Shown here: in pieces, positions 44,687 to 54,377 of the stretch
Position numbering within the stretch: the stretch's first letter is position 1
How the letters are laid out: each line of letters starts with the position of its first letter
Source of the DNA: Eubacteriales bacterium
Lineage (GTDB): Bacteria > Bacillota > Clostridia > Oscillospirales > CAG-272
Assembly: GCA_045123255.1 (NCBI GenBank)
Contig: JBGVIN010000010.1
Location: 3,044-67,043 of the forward strand
Length of the DNA: 64,000 nucleotides
Reading direction: 5' to 3'
Made by a program: the position numbers and the translations under genes
The notes under the pieces: generated by a model
Told to the model about the DNA's origin: nothing
Database searches by the model: none
What the model saw: only the letters and a program-made list of their open reading frames with translations

Positions 44687-46579
44687 TTAGCCTCTATTTA
44701 CAGCAGGGTGCTTCATCTTATGCCTACCCACATATACGGACATAAGGAAATAATAGTTGTCGGCAAGGTAATTATAGCCGCAACGCACGCCCTCCTTTGT
44801 GCGCCAGTCAATGCTTTGGCAATAGCCGGGCATAAGTCCTGAGTGGGTCATATCCTTTTCGTAGGTATTTAGGATTGCAAATAGAATTTCGTCCGCCTCG
44901 CGCCTCATTCCCACGTTATACATAGCGGTTAGGAAGTGGAAGCCTGGCATACCGCAAAGACCGCCGTTTTCGTATCTGCCCCAGTCGGTCATACAAGGCC
45001 AACAAATTGTATCACGCTCGCCAACGGGAATAACGTTACCCGGAATTCCGAAGCGAAGGTCGCCATATCCCTCCTTTTTCATAATAGAAAGGAGCTTCTT
45101 TATCATTTTCTTGCCCTCTGCCTTGGGGATAAGTCCCTCATTTATACCCATTGAAACGGCGAAGGTAAAGCCGTAGTCGTGTACGTTTCCGTCACGGCTA
45201 ATCCATCCTGCCATAAGTCCTGTTTCGGGGTTATAGAAGGTGTCAAAGAAATTAGCATCGAATTTTTTAAGCTGGTCGAGATATTTTTGTGCCTCGCTTT
45301 CCATTCCCGCCTTGATAAGAAGCGCGGAAAGCTCGCGCAAGGCGCGGTGGCAAAGGTAGTTAAAATAAATATCCTTGTGACCGAAGGCGAAGTTGTCCCA
45401 CCAGTTGCCCTGCCAGCCGTATTCACTTGACTGACCGATATAGTCACCTGCAAATTTAACCTCGAAAATTCCGTCGCCGTCGGTATCCTGTGCCAAAATG
45501 AAGTCTGCCGCCTTTATCGCGTACGGAATAAGCTTTTTTGCAAATTTAAGGTTCCAGGTCGAAATACCCGTTAGTGAAATTATCGCACCGGGGGTTGAGT
45601 CAACCGAGCAACCGTAATTTTTCGTTTTTTCTCTGTTATAGAAGCTAACGCTAACCTCGCCGTCGTGCGCTTGACACTCCTTGAAGGTTCTTTCCACCTG
45701 TCTTTCAAACACCCTTCGGATTATTGAAAACTGCTCGTCGTTTTTGTCAACTATTTGAAGCATATCGGATTTCATATGAATTGCCAAGTGTCCCGTGCCG
45801 TGGAAATAAATGTTATCTCCCATATCGAAAAGCTCACGGTTCATAGCAAACGCATTTAACCAGTTTCGTTTAAGCCCGTTAAATCTTTCGTCGTTTTCGG
45901 GAAGCGGCGGATACGCCTCATCCATTACCCTAAAGGTGAGCGTTACCTTTTCGTCATTCTTTCTTGACTTAAAGGTAAGATAGGAGCTGCCGAAGTGAAG
46001 TCCGTGCATTCTGTTATGGCTATATCCGTAGTTTAAGTAGCCGAGGTCAATTCCAATAAAATCCTTCGACTGTTGAAGCTCCTCAACGCAAAATACGTCG
46101 GGTGAGGACGCGGAAATTTCAACTCTGCCAAAGTCGGGAAAATGGACAAAAAGCGGAAGCTTGAATTCCGTTTTATACATAGTCAGGTAGTTTTTGCTCT
46201 TTAATTTCTTCGGTTGCTTTTTCGTCCAAATCGTTGGCGGCGCGGTCTTAATAGCCCATCTGAGTGAGAAAATATCGTTTGGTAATGCGCCGTTCATTTC
46301 AACGCTCATTACTCTCTCGCCGTCAAAGGTATATTTTACGCTTGCACCGTTTTTGTTTTCGTAATAAGCCGAGTTCTCGTTTGCTTCCAGCTTGGTCGGT
46401 AGCGCTTTTTTGAATGCACCGAAAACGCCACCGTAGCCCGGAAGCATAAGATTGTAGCTTGCGTGCTTATCTCTGTCGCGTCCACCCGATTCTATACCGA
46501 AAAACGCCACTCTGCCCTTTTCGTTTTCGAGCGTATATGAAATATAGTCGCTATTAAAAGCTGCGTATTTTGTAGCCAT
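44687..46579 (-). CDS. putative six-hairpin (alpha/alpha)6 glycosidase-like protein
   Basis: 630 aa, no signal peptide. The C-terminal half has the WQGNWWDNFAFGHKDIYFNYLCHRALRELS and GLMAGWISRDG pattern typical of (alpha/alpha)6-barrel glycosidases. Confidence 0.45.
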   Translation of the reverse strand: MATKYAAFNSDYISYTLENEKGRVAFFGIESGGRDRDKHASYNLMLPGYGGVFGAFKKALPTKLEANENSAYYENKNGASVKYTFDGERVMSVEMNGALPNDIFSLRWAIKTAPPTIWTKKQPKKLKSKNYLTMYKTEFKLPLFVHFPDFGRVEISASSPDVFCVEELQQSKDFIGIDLGYLNYGYSHNRMHGLHFGSSYLTFKSRKNDEKVTLTFRVMDEAYPPLPENDERFNGLKRNWLNAFAMNRELFDMGDNIYFHGTGHLAIHMKSDMLQIVDKNDEQFSIIRRVFERQVERTFKECQAHDGEVSVSFYNREKTKNYGCSVDSTPGAIISLTGISTWNLKFAKKLIPYAIKAADFILAQDTDGDGIFEVKFAGDYIGQSSEYGWQGNWWDNFAFGHKDIYFNYLCHRALRELSALLIKAGMESEAQKYLDQLKKFDANFFDTFYNPETGLMAGWISRDGNVHDYGFTFAVSMGINEGLIPKAEGKKMIKKLLSIMKKEGYGDLRFGIPGNVIPVGERDTICWPCMTDWGRYENGGLCGMPGFHFLTAMYNVGMRREADEILFAILNTYEKDMTHSGLMPGYCQSIDWRTKEGVRCGYNYLADNYYFLMSVYVGRHKMKHPAVNRG

Positions 46580-46588
46580 TTTATCTCC

Positions 46589-48220
46589 TTAAAGCACTTG
46601 ATATGCGTTTGCCGCCCAAGAATAGCACTTGCAGCGCAAGCCCTTGCCCGTTATAGCACTTGTGTTTTCGTTAAAGCCGTATTTACAAACCGAGCTCTTG
46701 TAGTTTTCGGCAATTTCATCGGCAAGCTCGGTATAGCCGAGGTTTCTCAGTGCATAAACGAACATAATTACGTCGGGTGCCCAAACCGCACCGCGCCAAT
46801 AGCCGTCCTCAACGAACCATGGGCTATCAATTGCCTCACTTGCAATACCGCCGCGGCAAAGGTGATGCTCCTTTATCGTTTTTACGATATATTCCTGCAT
46901 TTCTTTTGGAAGTGCATCCTCAAGCACTATTACGCGAAGGGGCATAAGTGCCTGACAATAGTATTTCTCGCCTGTTTCGGCTAAGCGCACGAAGATTTTT
47001 TCGCCGTCCCAATAGTCCTTAATTGCCTTTTCAGCAAGCTCAGCTGCAAGCTGCTTGTAAATACGCTTGTCGGTTGGGAAATTAAGAATTTCTGCCGCCT
47101 CGGCAAGGAATGAGCATTGAGCGGAAAGGAAAGCAATAAGCTCACCCGTTTCAATATGCTCGCTCTTATCGTAGCAGGTGGAGTTGTCCTGTCCTGAGTC
47201 GTTACCGTGATAATATGAGGGAACGTCACCGCGAAGGTTAAGCCACCAGTCGGTGTTGCGCTTCATATCGAAATAAACCTCTTCAAGCGCGTGTGGGGTT
47301 GCAAATTCGGGATTTCTCTTAATCATTTGCTTGTACATCCAACCCTGCACGGGTGGCTTAACGAAGTTCCAAACCTTATATTTCTCCGAAATAGCGTCGG
47401 GCACTCTGCCAACGCGGTTGATATGCTTATACATAATGGTAAATTGGTCCATAGCAATACGGTAATCAATATCTGCAAGCCCGAGAGCGTTAAATGCGTT
47501 GTCCCAGCTCCAAACGTTGCTCATGCCCGCCTTGCCCATTACAATTGCCTCAGTTGAGAAGTTGCCAAGCGGAGCAATGGTGTTTGACCACATTATGTAG
47601 GCGCATTCCTTTTCGTATTTGTTCTTTGGATTATATTTCTTTTCCCAAGCCTTGTAGTCGGCCTCCGCAATATCTGCATAATGGTCGTAATTCATTCCCT
47701 TAGCTTGAACCGCGCCCGTGTCAAGGAAGCTTTCCTCAATTGAAAATTCATATTCGCCGTTTTCATTTGGCAAAACGCGAATATTTGCAAACTCCGATGT
47801 AATTTCGCCCGGCTTGCGAAGCTTTTCAAGCTTCAATTCACCCTTTAACGGAACGAACATAAGACTGCAGTTATTCTTAAAATCGCAAAGCTCGATAACT
47901 CCGTTTTGGATAACCTGATAATCGAATTTTGCGTGTGTCTTTGCAATTTCAACAAGGAAGTCCTTGCCCTTGCCCTTAATGTAAGTGCCGTCTGTGCCGA
48001 ACATAGTTATGTTTTGCTCACCGCCGCTATATTTTATTGTTATCTCGCGTGGCACGAAGGACATTTTTGCATCCTTGCCGTAGTCAATTGACAAAATGCC
48101 GTTAAAGATATCCTGTCCGTGACTGTGAATCATATCGAGCTTCAAAACGCCCTTTTTGCGGCTGTCCCATACAAGATACGAGCCTCTTATACTGTAATGT
48201 AATCTTTCAAAGCTATACAT
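46589..48220 (-). CDS. putative GH63 / mannosylglycerate-hydrolase-like (alpha/alpha)6 glycoside hydrolase
   Basis: The WSWDNAFNALGLA motif and C-terminal GYWRGAVWAP motif resemble GH63/GH37-type enzymes. Start moved to the ATG at 48220 (MYSFERL...) with AGGAGA 4 nt upstream. Confidence 0.55.
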   Translation of the reverse strand: MYSFERLHYSIRGSYLVWDSRKKGVLKLDMIHSHGQDIFNGILSIDYGKDAKMSFVPREITIKYSGGEQNITMFGTDGTYIKGKGKDFLVEIAKTHAKFDYQVIQNGVIELCDFKNNCSLMFVPLKGELKLEKLRKPGEITSEFANIRVLPNENGEYEFSIEESFLDTGAVQAKGMNYDHYADIAEADYKAWEKKYNPKNKYEKECAYIMWSNTIAPLGNFSTEAIVMGKAGMSNVWSWDNAFNALGLADIDYRIAMDQFTIMYKHINRVGRVPDAISEKYKVWNFVKPPVQGWMYKQMIKRNPEFATPHALEEVYFDMKRNTDWWLNLRGDVPSYYHGNDSGQDNSTCYDKSEHIETGELIAFLSAQCSFLAEAAEILNFPTDKRIYKQLAAELAEKAIKDYWDGEKIFVRLAETGEKYYCQALMPLRVIVLEDALPKEMQEYIVKTIKEHHLCRGGIASEAIDSPWFVEDGYWRGAVWAPDVIMFVYALRNLGYTELADEIAENYKSSVCKYGFNENTSAITGKGLRCKCYSWAANAYQVL

Positions 48221-48584
48221 ATTTTCTCCTAACTCAGCCACACGGGTACGCCCGTGATGTCAGCTGCTTTTTTCGTTAATTACATTTTAATATACTAAAG
48301 CGAAAAAGTCAACACAAATAACCGTCTAAGGCATAAAATTTTGTTTTTGCCCATCAAAAGACGATAAAAGCTTAAAAACCGCAAATTATATTACGCCGCG
48401 GTGTGAAAAAATTCGTAATTTTCAGTTCTTTTCAAAGCAAAATCAGACACTCCCCGAGGTATTTTCACATTTTTTGCACGTTTTATCTGTTTTTTTGCTC
48501 GATAAAATTTTCTTTGACAGCGCATTTTGACAAAAAACGCACGCGCACTCGGTGTAGAATAAAGCAAAAACGAAAGGATTTTTT

Positions 48585-50876
48585 ATGGTAAAGCAAATTT
48601 TCAAAAGAAAAATTACGCTCTCAAGCGAAGCTAAAAAGGTAATTTCAGAATGTGTCCTTTTCTTCCTTGCACTGCTTTTAACGCCCGTTAAATTCATTTT
48701 CGGAACGCTCCCCTTCGGCTTTGTGCTTTGCGCGAGTGCGAAAAAGGACGCTCCCTTTGCATTTGTCGGCGCAATTTTTTCCTGTATTTTCTTTCTTGAC
48801 GACAAGGGTGTTTACATAATAGCCTTTATTTCTCTCTTTATTCTTCGCGTTCTCGTTTCCTTCCTTAAAAAGCCCGAGGGCGAAGCAAAGGAGCGCTTCG
48901 GCGTGCGCCTGCCTCATATTTTGAGGGAGCTTTTTTGTGAAAACATCTTTTTAAGAGTTTTAATTTCCCTTGCGTGCGCGTTTGGCGTGGGAATTTACTA
49001 CACCGTGCTTGGCGGCTATATGCTATACGATATTTTCGCGCTTGTGTTTTTCGTTTGCATCTGTCCGCTTCTTACCTATCTTGCAAGCGGACTTTGGGAG
49101 GGCGGGAATTCAAAGAGCTTTTTTATCGGACTTGCTATTATTACCTTTATGGTAGTCTTCTTTTTGCGTGGGCGAGCGGTTGGTGGCTTTGACTTTTCCG
49201 TTTTCCTTTCGTTTTCCCTCGTCTTTTTCGTTTCAAAATCGTCAGGCGTATGGGGTTTGGTTTTCAGTGCACTTATGTCGCTATGCTTTGAGCCACGCTT
49301 TGCCCTTACACTTATAATTTGCGCCCTTGTTTTCAGTATTCTTTCACACCTATCAACGCTCCTTGCAATTTTAGGCGCGGCTATTTTGGGAGTAAGCTAT
49401 TCCATTTGGGCAGGCGGCTACGACGCGTTTTCCTACGTTGTGCCTGAGCTTATCGGCGCCTGTGTGCTTATTTTCCCAATTTTGCAGCTAAATCTTATGC
49501 CTAATATAAAGCTTCGCGAGGGTGCGCACAAGCACGCGCTGAGTTACAGCACCTCATCCGAGCTTAGCGAGATAAAACGCGCCTCAAGCGACACCTCGCG
49601 CGCATTCTTAGATGCTTCAAAAACGCTTCATAACGCGCAAGCAGAATCAAAGGACGTCACAATCGAAGCCTTTTGCAGGGACGCAGAAAGATGCATCTTA
49701 AAATCGTGTGCATCGTGCCCAAAGGAGGAAATTTGTTGGTCACGCGATACGGAAACGACGGAGCGCGCACTCCGTTCAATTTCTGAAAGTGCCTACTACC
49801 TCGGCTCGCATGATAAAAGCGCACTTGACGAAAAATTCATACACAGATGCCCAAGCTTAGACAAAATCAGCGACGAGGTCTTGGAGCTTTCTCGCAAAAA
49901 CTTGGAAAACGGTATTAAAAACGATAAGCTTGAAATCAGTGCGTACGCATTTGAGCTTGCCGCTAAAATCGTTGGTGAGCTAAGGACGAAAAGCACAACG
50001 TATGAAAAGAACGAGCCGCTTTCCAAAAGGGCGGAAAATGCGCTCGCAAAAAGCGGACTGTGCTTTGAAAGTGCCGAGATTTTAGGCACGAAATCAATTC
50101 GCGCTTGCATACTTGATATAGATACGGTGAGGAGCAAAATTCCGATTTCAAAAATCCCCTTCGTGCTGAGCGACGCACTCGCAGTTCAATTTGACGAGCC
50201 AACCGTTATATCAAGCGGTGAGCTTTCAAGCGCAGAGCTTTTTTCTCTCCCACCTCACAAAACCTCATATTCAAAAAGAAGCGTGTCGCTCGGGGACGGA
50301 CCTTGTGGAGATACGCTCTGTGCATTCGGCGGTGGTGGGCGCTCGTTTTACTTAATTTGCGACGGAATGGGCACAGGCCACGGCGCACACCTAACCTCAA
50401 ATATGTGCGCTTCTTTTCTTTCCTCGATGCTCCCTATCACGAGCGAAACGGAAGCGTGCCTTGGCGTAATAAACTCATTTGTACGTGCAAAAAACGGCGA
50501 GCATTCATCAACCGTTGACCTTTTGGAAATCGATAACGTAACGAGGGAGGCGTCGTTTTACAAAAGCGGTGCTTGCGTTTCGCTTATCAAGCGAGGCGAG
50601 CGCGTATTTTCGCTTGCTTCTAAAACCGCGCCGATAGGTATTATGAAAAGGCTCGACTGTGAGCGTCTTTCCTTCACCTTTGAAAGCGGCGACGTTTGCG
50701 TTATGGTGAGTGACGGTGCTCTTTCAAAAAAGGGCGATTACTCGTACATTCAAAATCTGCTCGAAAATACAAAAGCAACCGAACCAAGCGATTTGAGCGA
50801 GGAAATCATAAACGAATTTTTAGCAAATAACGAGCAAACGGACGATTTAAGCGTTTTGGTTATTTATTTTGAATAA
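48585..50876 (+). CDS. spoIIE: stage II sporulation protein E (membrane-bound PP2C phosphatase)
   Basis: 763 aa. About 10 N-terminal TM helices, a central regulatory region and a C-terminal PP2C-like domain (CGDTLCAF, FYLICDGMGTGHGAHLTS, DDLSVLVIYFE). Confidence 0.85.
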   Translation: MVKQIFKRKITLSSEAKKVISECVLFFLALLLTPVKFIFGTLPFGFVLCASAKKDAPFAFVGAIFSCIFFLDDKGVYIIAFISLFILRVLVSFLKKPEGEAKERFGVRLPHILRELFCENIFLRVLISLACAFGVGIYYTVLGGYMLYDIFALVFFVCICPLLTYLASGLWEGGNSKSFFIGLAIITFMVVFFLRGRAVGGFDFSVFLSFSLVFFVSKSSGVWGLVFSALMSLCFEPRFALTLIICALVFSILSHLSTLLAILGAAILGVSYSIWAGGYDAFSYVVPELIGACVLIFPILQLNLMPNIKLREGAHKHALSYSTSSELSEIKRASSDTSRAFLDASKTLHNAQAESKDVTIEAFCRDAERCILKSCASCPKEEICWSRDTETTERALRSISESAYYLGSHDKSALDEKFIHRCPSLDKISDEVLELSRKNLENGIKNDKLEISAYAFELAAKIVGELRTKSTTYEKNEPLSKRAENALAKSGLCFESAEILGTKSIRACILDIDTVRSKIPISKIPFVLSDALAVQFDEPTVISSGELSSAELFSLPPHKTSYSKRSVSLGDGPCGDTLCAFGGGGRSFYLICDGMGTGHGAHLTSNMCASFLSSMLPITSETEACLGVINSFVRAKNGEHSSTVDLLEIDNVTREASFYKSGACVSLIKRGERVFSLASKTAPIGIMKRLDCERLSFTFESGDVCVMVSDGALSKKGDYSYIQNLLENTKATEPSDLSEEIINEFLANNEQTDDLSVLVIYFE

Positions 50877-50952
50877 AACGCCAGAAAGCTTCATATATTT
50901 AACTAAATTCACCACCCTGTGTCTGTTTTCGGTGGAAATTTAGAGGTGATTT

Positions 50953-51447
50953 ATGAAAAAGCTGCTCTTATCCTTTATAGCTTGCCTTACAATTTTTTTG
51001 CTTTGCTCGTGCCAAAGCCAAGGCTACGGCATACTGAAATATCAGGACAAAAAAATAAGTGCCGAATGCACTCTGAACGGCGAATATAAAATTCTAATAG
51101 AAAAAAGCGGGGAGAAAAGAAAAATCTCCTTTCTTTCCCCACCTGCCCTTACGCATATTTCATTTGAAATTGACAAAGAAGGCGTGGTTGGGCAAGCAGG
51201 TGAGCTTGAAATCCCACTTGAAAACGAAAGCGTGCGCGGAATTTTCGCTCTTAGCAATATTTTTTCGCTCAGCGAGGAGTGTCTAACCACCGTAGCGAGC
51301 AAGGGCGGCGGTGCTTATATGGAGTTTTCAACCGACTACGGCACGTATCGGCTAACTCTTGGCAAAAACGAGCTACCGAGTGCGGTACAAATTTACAGCA
51401 CCGAATACCGCTACGATATCACCGTTGATGCCATAACGCTTAATTAA
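50953..51447 (+). CDS. hypothetical lipoprotein
   Basis: MKKLLLSFIACLTIFLLCSC|Q lipobox; GAGGTG RBS. Confidence 0.65.
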   Translation: MKKLLLSFIACLTIFLLCSCQSQGYGILKYQDKKISAECTLNGEYKILIEKSGEKRKISFLSPPALTHISFEIDKEGVVGQAGELEIPLENESVRGIFALSNIFSLSEECLTTVASKGGGAYMEFSTDYGTYRLTLGKNELPSAVQIYSTEYRYDITVDAITLN

Positions 51448-51561
51448 ACAGGATTTCGTTTTAATCTAACTTTTTCCCTATATTTTGCGGTTCGGCTTGA
51501 CTTTTTGCTTAGAATGTGGTATAACGATATTGCAAATATTTATATTTTAAGGAGAGATTTT

Positions 51562-52071
51562 ATGAAAAAATTTGCAAAAATCGCTATTCTTGCAGTTTTA
51601 CTTGTAGGAATTGTTCTTTCATTCGCTTCATGCTCGTTCTTCACTCCTTCATTTGAGGAAATGTGCGAGAACCTTGCAGACGAAAACTACCTTTGCGTAT
51701 ATTCAATGGGTAAGGATGAAACAAAGGACTACGACGAAACACTTGAAGAAAAGTACGACTTAAGCCTCAAGGGTGAGGTTACAGCACGCGCTGAGTACAC
51801 AAGCGGCACAAGCTTCATTCGTCTTTACGAGTTCCAAAAGAAAAACGATGCTATGACCGTTCAACAAGCACTTTACGATGAATTTATGAACGGCACACAC
51901 TACGGTAGCGGCTACGTATATAGATACTACTACATAGTTGATAGCATCTTGATCGAAACAAGCGCACAAAGCGCGGCTAAGGCAGCACTTGACGAGGCTT
52001 ACGTTCTTGTTGACCTTCCAAACGCAAAGACCGAGGACGTAATGGATTATTTTACAAGTCTTTTCGACTAA
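51562..52071 (+). CDS. hypothetical lipoprotein
   Basis: The internal start MKKFAKIAILAVLLVGIVLSFASC|S has AAGGAGAG upstream. The track start at 51505 lacks an RBS. Confidence 0.65.
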   Translation: MKKFAKIAILAVLLVGIVLSFASCSFFTPSFEEMCENLADENYLCVYSMGKDETKDYDETLEEKYDLSLKGEVTARAEYTSGTSFIRLYEFQKKNDAMTVQQALYDEFMNGTHYGSGYVYRYYYIVDSILIETSAQSAAKAALDEAYVLVDLPNAKTEDVMDYFTSLFD

Positions 52072-52105
52072 TACAGAGCGGTCACATTAAGGCACAAAAC
52101 ATAAA

Positions 52106-52137
52106 AGAGGCTGTCGCATTAGCGACGCCTCTTTTTA
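52106..52137 (+). terminator. rho-independent terminator (also the first module of repeat copy 2)
   Basis: AGAGGCTGTCGC-ATTA-GCGACGCCTCT followed by TTTTT. Confidence 0.75.
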
Positions 52138-52442
52138 GTAGGGGATAGTGAAATGAGTGTTGACCCACTCCTTGAAATTGCACTCAATTTCAAGGAACCC
52201 TCGGGGAGGCGTGAACACGGGAACGTCGGCGTACTGGCGTACGGTAGAGCCCGTGGTCGCGTCTAAAAAACAGACATAAAAAGAAGAGAACTTGCAACAA
52301 ATTGCAAGTTCTCAACATTAAATCGTTCTAAAATAAACAAATAAACTTGATTTTATTTAGGAATGCGTCTGTTTTTGATCTGTGCTTATTACGCGAGTAA
52401 CAAGGTTCTGCGTAGCAGGTTCTTATTGCAACATTCCCTTTG
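52108..52442 (-). repeat. interspersed element, copy 2 (~330 bp; two extra segments relative to copy 1)
   Basis: Collinear with the reverse complement of 4572-4822. One extra segment of about 45 nt lies near 52161-52207. A 31-nt segment at 52392-52422 is flanked by the direct repeat CTTATT (52386-52391 / 52423-52428). Confidence 0.85.
52275..52313 (-). terminator. rho-independent terminator of the tkt operon, carried inside the repeat element
   Basis: Perfect 12-bp stem GAGAACTTGCAA-TTTG-TTGCAAGTTCTC followed by TTCTTTTTAT on the minus strand, 133 nt after the tkt stop. Confidence 0.8.
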
Positions 52443-52445
52443 TTT

Positions 52446-53387
52446 TTATTTTTTAAGCGAAATTGCCATCTTTACCTTTTCAACTATGCCCTTAGCGTTA
52501 AGTGAATAGTATTCGATAAGCTCCTTTGCAGGGCCGCTCTTGCCGTAAACGTCGTTTACACCGTGGCGAACAACGGGAACGGGGTAATTCTCGCCGATAG
52601 CCTCAGCAACCGCCGAGCCAAGACCGCCTATTATATTATGCTCCTCGCTTACAACTATTGCGCCTGTGATTTTTGCATCATTAACAATTGTATCTACGTC
52701 AAGCGGCTTAATTGTATGAACGTTGATAACGGATGCCGAAATGCCCTCGGTGGCTAAGATTTCTCTTGCCTCAAGCGCCTCTGCAACCATCATACCGCTT
52801 GCAACTATCGTTACGTCGAAGCCGTCCTTTAATTTAACCGCCTTGCCGATTTCAAGCTTATAGCTTTCGTCGTTGATGATAGGAAGTGCCAAGCGTCCGA
52901 AGCGGATATATACAGGTCCCTCGTAGTTAATTGCTGCCTCAACCGCTGCTCTTGCCTCAACTCCGTCACTCGGGTTCATAACAACCATACCGGGGATTGT
53001 ACGCATAAGCGCGAGGTCCTCGTTACATTGGTGCGTTGCGCCGTCCTCACCAACACTGATGCCTGCGTGAGTTGCGCAAATTTTTACGTTTAAGTGTGGG
53101 TAGCCTATTGAGTTTCTAATCTGCTCAAAGCTTCTGCCTGCCGCAAACATAGCGAAGGTAGAAACGAACGGAATTTTGCCCGTTGTGGAAATACCCGCCG
53201 CAACTGAAAGCATATTGTTTTCAGCAATACCGCAGTCAAAAAATCTTTCGGGAAATTCCTTCTTAAAAAGACAGGTCTTTGTCGCTTCGGCAAGGTCGGC
53301 ATCGAAAACAACGATATTTTCGTTCTTTGCGCCGAATTCAAGAAGTGCCTTACCGTATGCTTCTCTTGTTGCAATCTTATCTGCCAT
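52446..53387 (-). CDS. tktB: transketolase, C-terminal (pyrimidine-binding) subunit
   Basis: 313 aa. MADKIATREAYGKALLEFG..., FDCGIAENNM, HAGISVGEDGATHQ. Confidence 0.92.
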   Translation of the reverse strand: MADKIATREAYGKALLEFGAKNENIVVFDADLAEATKTCLFKKEFPERFFDCGIAENNMLSVAAGISTTGKIPFVSTFAMFAAGRSFEQIRNSIGYPHLNVKICATHAGISVGEDGATHQCNEDLALMRTIPGMVVMNPSDGVEARAAVEAAINYEGPVYIRFGRLALPIINDESYKLEIGKAVKLKDGFDVTIVASGMMVAEALEAREILATEGISASVINVHTIKPLDVDTIVNDAKITGAIVVSEEHNIIGGLGSAVAEAIGENYPVPVVRHGVNDVYGKSGPAKELIEYYSLNAKGIVEKVKMAISLKK

Positions 53388-54235
53388 TAGTTGTTACCTC
53401 CCAAAGAGTTTCTAAATTCCGTAAGCTCGCTCACAGCCGTGTTATATTGCTCCTCATTAGGTGCTTTGCCGTGCCATGACGCTTGATTTTCCATAAAGGA
53501 AACGCCCTTACCCTTAACTGTTTTTGCAATAATTGCGGTTGGCTTACCCTTAACCGCCTTAGCCGCCTCAAATGCGCCTAAGATTTCTTCGATATTATGA
53601 CCGTCAACGGTTATAACGTTCCAGCCAAACGCCTCAAGCTTTGGCTCGTATGGCATAACGTTCATAACGTCCTCAACACGTCCGTCAATTTGCAAGCCGT
53701 TTGAGTCGATAATCATACAAAGATTATCAAGCTTGTAGTGTGCGGCAAACATAATTGCCTCCCAAACCTGACCCTCTTGGCTTTCGCCGTCACCAACGAG
53801 TGCGTATGTGCGGTAGCTCTTTTGGCTAATCTTTGCGCCAAGCGCCATACCGCAAGCGCAGGAAAATCCCTGACCGAGTGAGCCTGCCGACATATCAACG
53901 CCGTTTATCGCCTTCATGTCGGGGTGACCCTGCAAAAGCGCGCCTGTGTGTCTGAATGAATCAAGCTCGCTCTTATCAAAGAAGCCCTTTTCCGCAAGCG
54001 CGGCGTAAAGACCTGGGCATGAGTGTCCCTTTGAAAGAACAAAGCGGTCGCGCTCGTCCCATTTCGGATTATTTACGTCAATATTAAGCTCCGAAAAATA
54101 GAGGCAAGCCAAAATATCAGCACTTGAAAGTGCGCCTCCGGGATGTCCGCTTTTTGCGTTGAACACCGCGCGAAGTGCTCCAAGACGAATATCGGTTGCA
54201 ATTTTTTGAAGCTCTAAAATTCTTTCCTTTTCCAT
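53387..54235 (-). CDS. tktA: transketolase, N-terminal (thiamine-diphosphate-binding) subunit
   Basis: 282 aa. SGHPGGALSSADIL, FVLSKGHSCPGLYA, GSLGQG and GDGESQEGQVWEA motifs. 1-nt overlap with the C-terminal subunit gene. Confidence 0.92.
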   Translation of the reverse strand: MEKERILELQKIATDIRLGALRAVFNAKSGHPGGALSSADILACLYFSELNIDVNNPKWDERDRFVLSKGHSCPGLYAALAEKGFFDKSELDSFRHTGALLQGHPDMKAINGVDMSAGSLGQGFSCACGMALGAKISQKSYRTYALVGDGESQEGQVWEAIMFAAHYKLDNLCMIIDSNGLQIDGRVEDVMNVMPYEPKLEAFGWNVITVDGHNIEEILGAFEAAKAVKGKPTAIIAKTVKGKGVSFMENQASWHGKAPNEEQYNTAVSELTEFRNSLGGNN

Positions 54236-54275
54236 TATTAATCTCCTTAAAGCAAAATGAATACTTTTACACCCT

Positions 54276-54304
54276 ATTTTATCATTTATTTGTCAAGATG
54301 TCAA
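54276..54304 (-). promoter_or_regulatory. sigma-A-type promoter (extended -10) of the tkt operon
   Basis: Minus strand TTGACA (54299-54304) - 17 nt - TGaTAAAAT (-10 = 54276-54281). Confidence 0.55.
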
Positions 54305-54377
54305 TATAAGTAAGATATAAATTGCAAGCTAATATTTGGCTAAATCCGTCTTTTTTGATATTTATTCCCGTATAAGC

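Noticed and set aside
48443-48917. Minus-strand ORFs 48443-48805 and 48678-48917 opposite the spoIIE 5' region
   Set aside because: They are antisense to spoIIE and its promoter region, with no RBS. spoIIE membrane-domain coding explains the open antisense frames.
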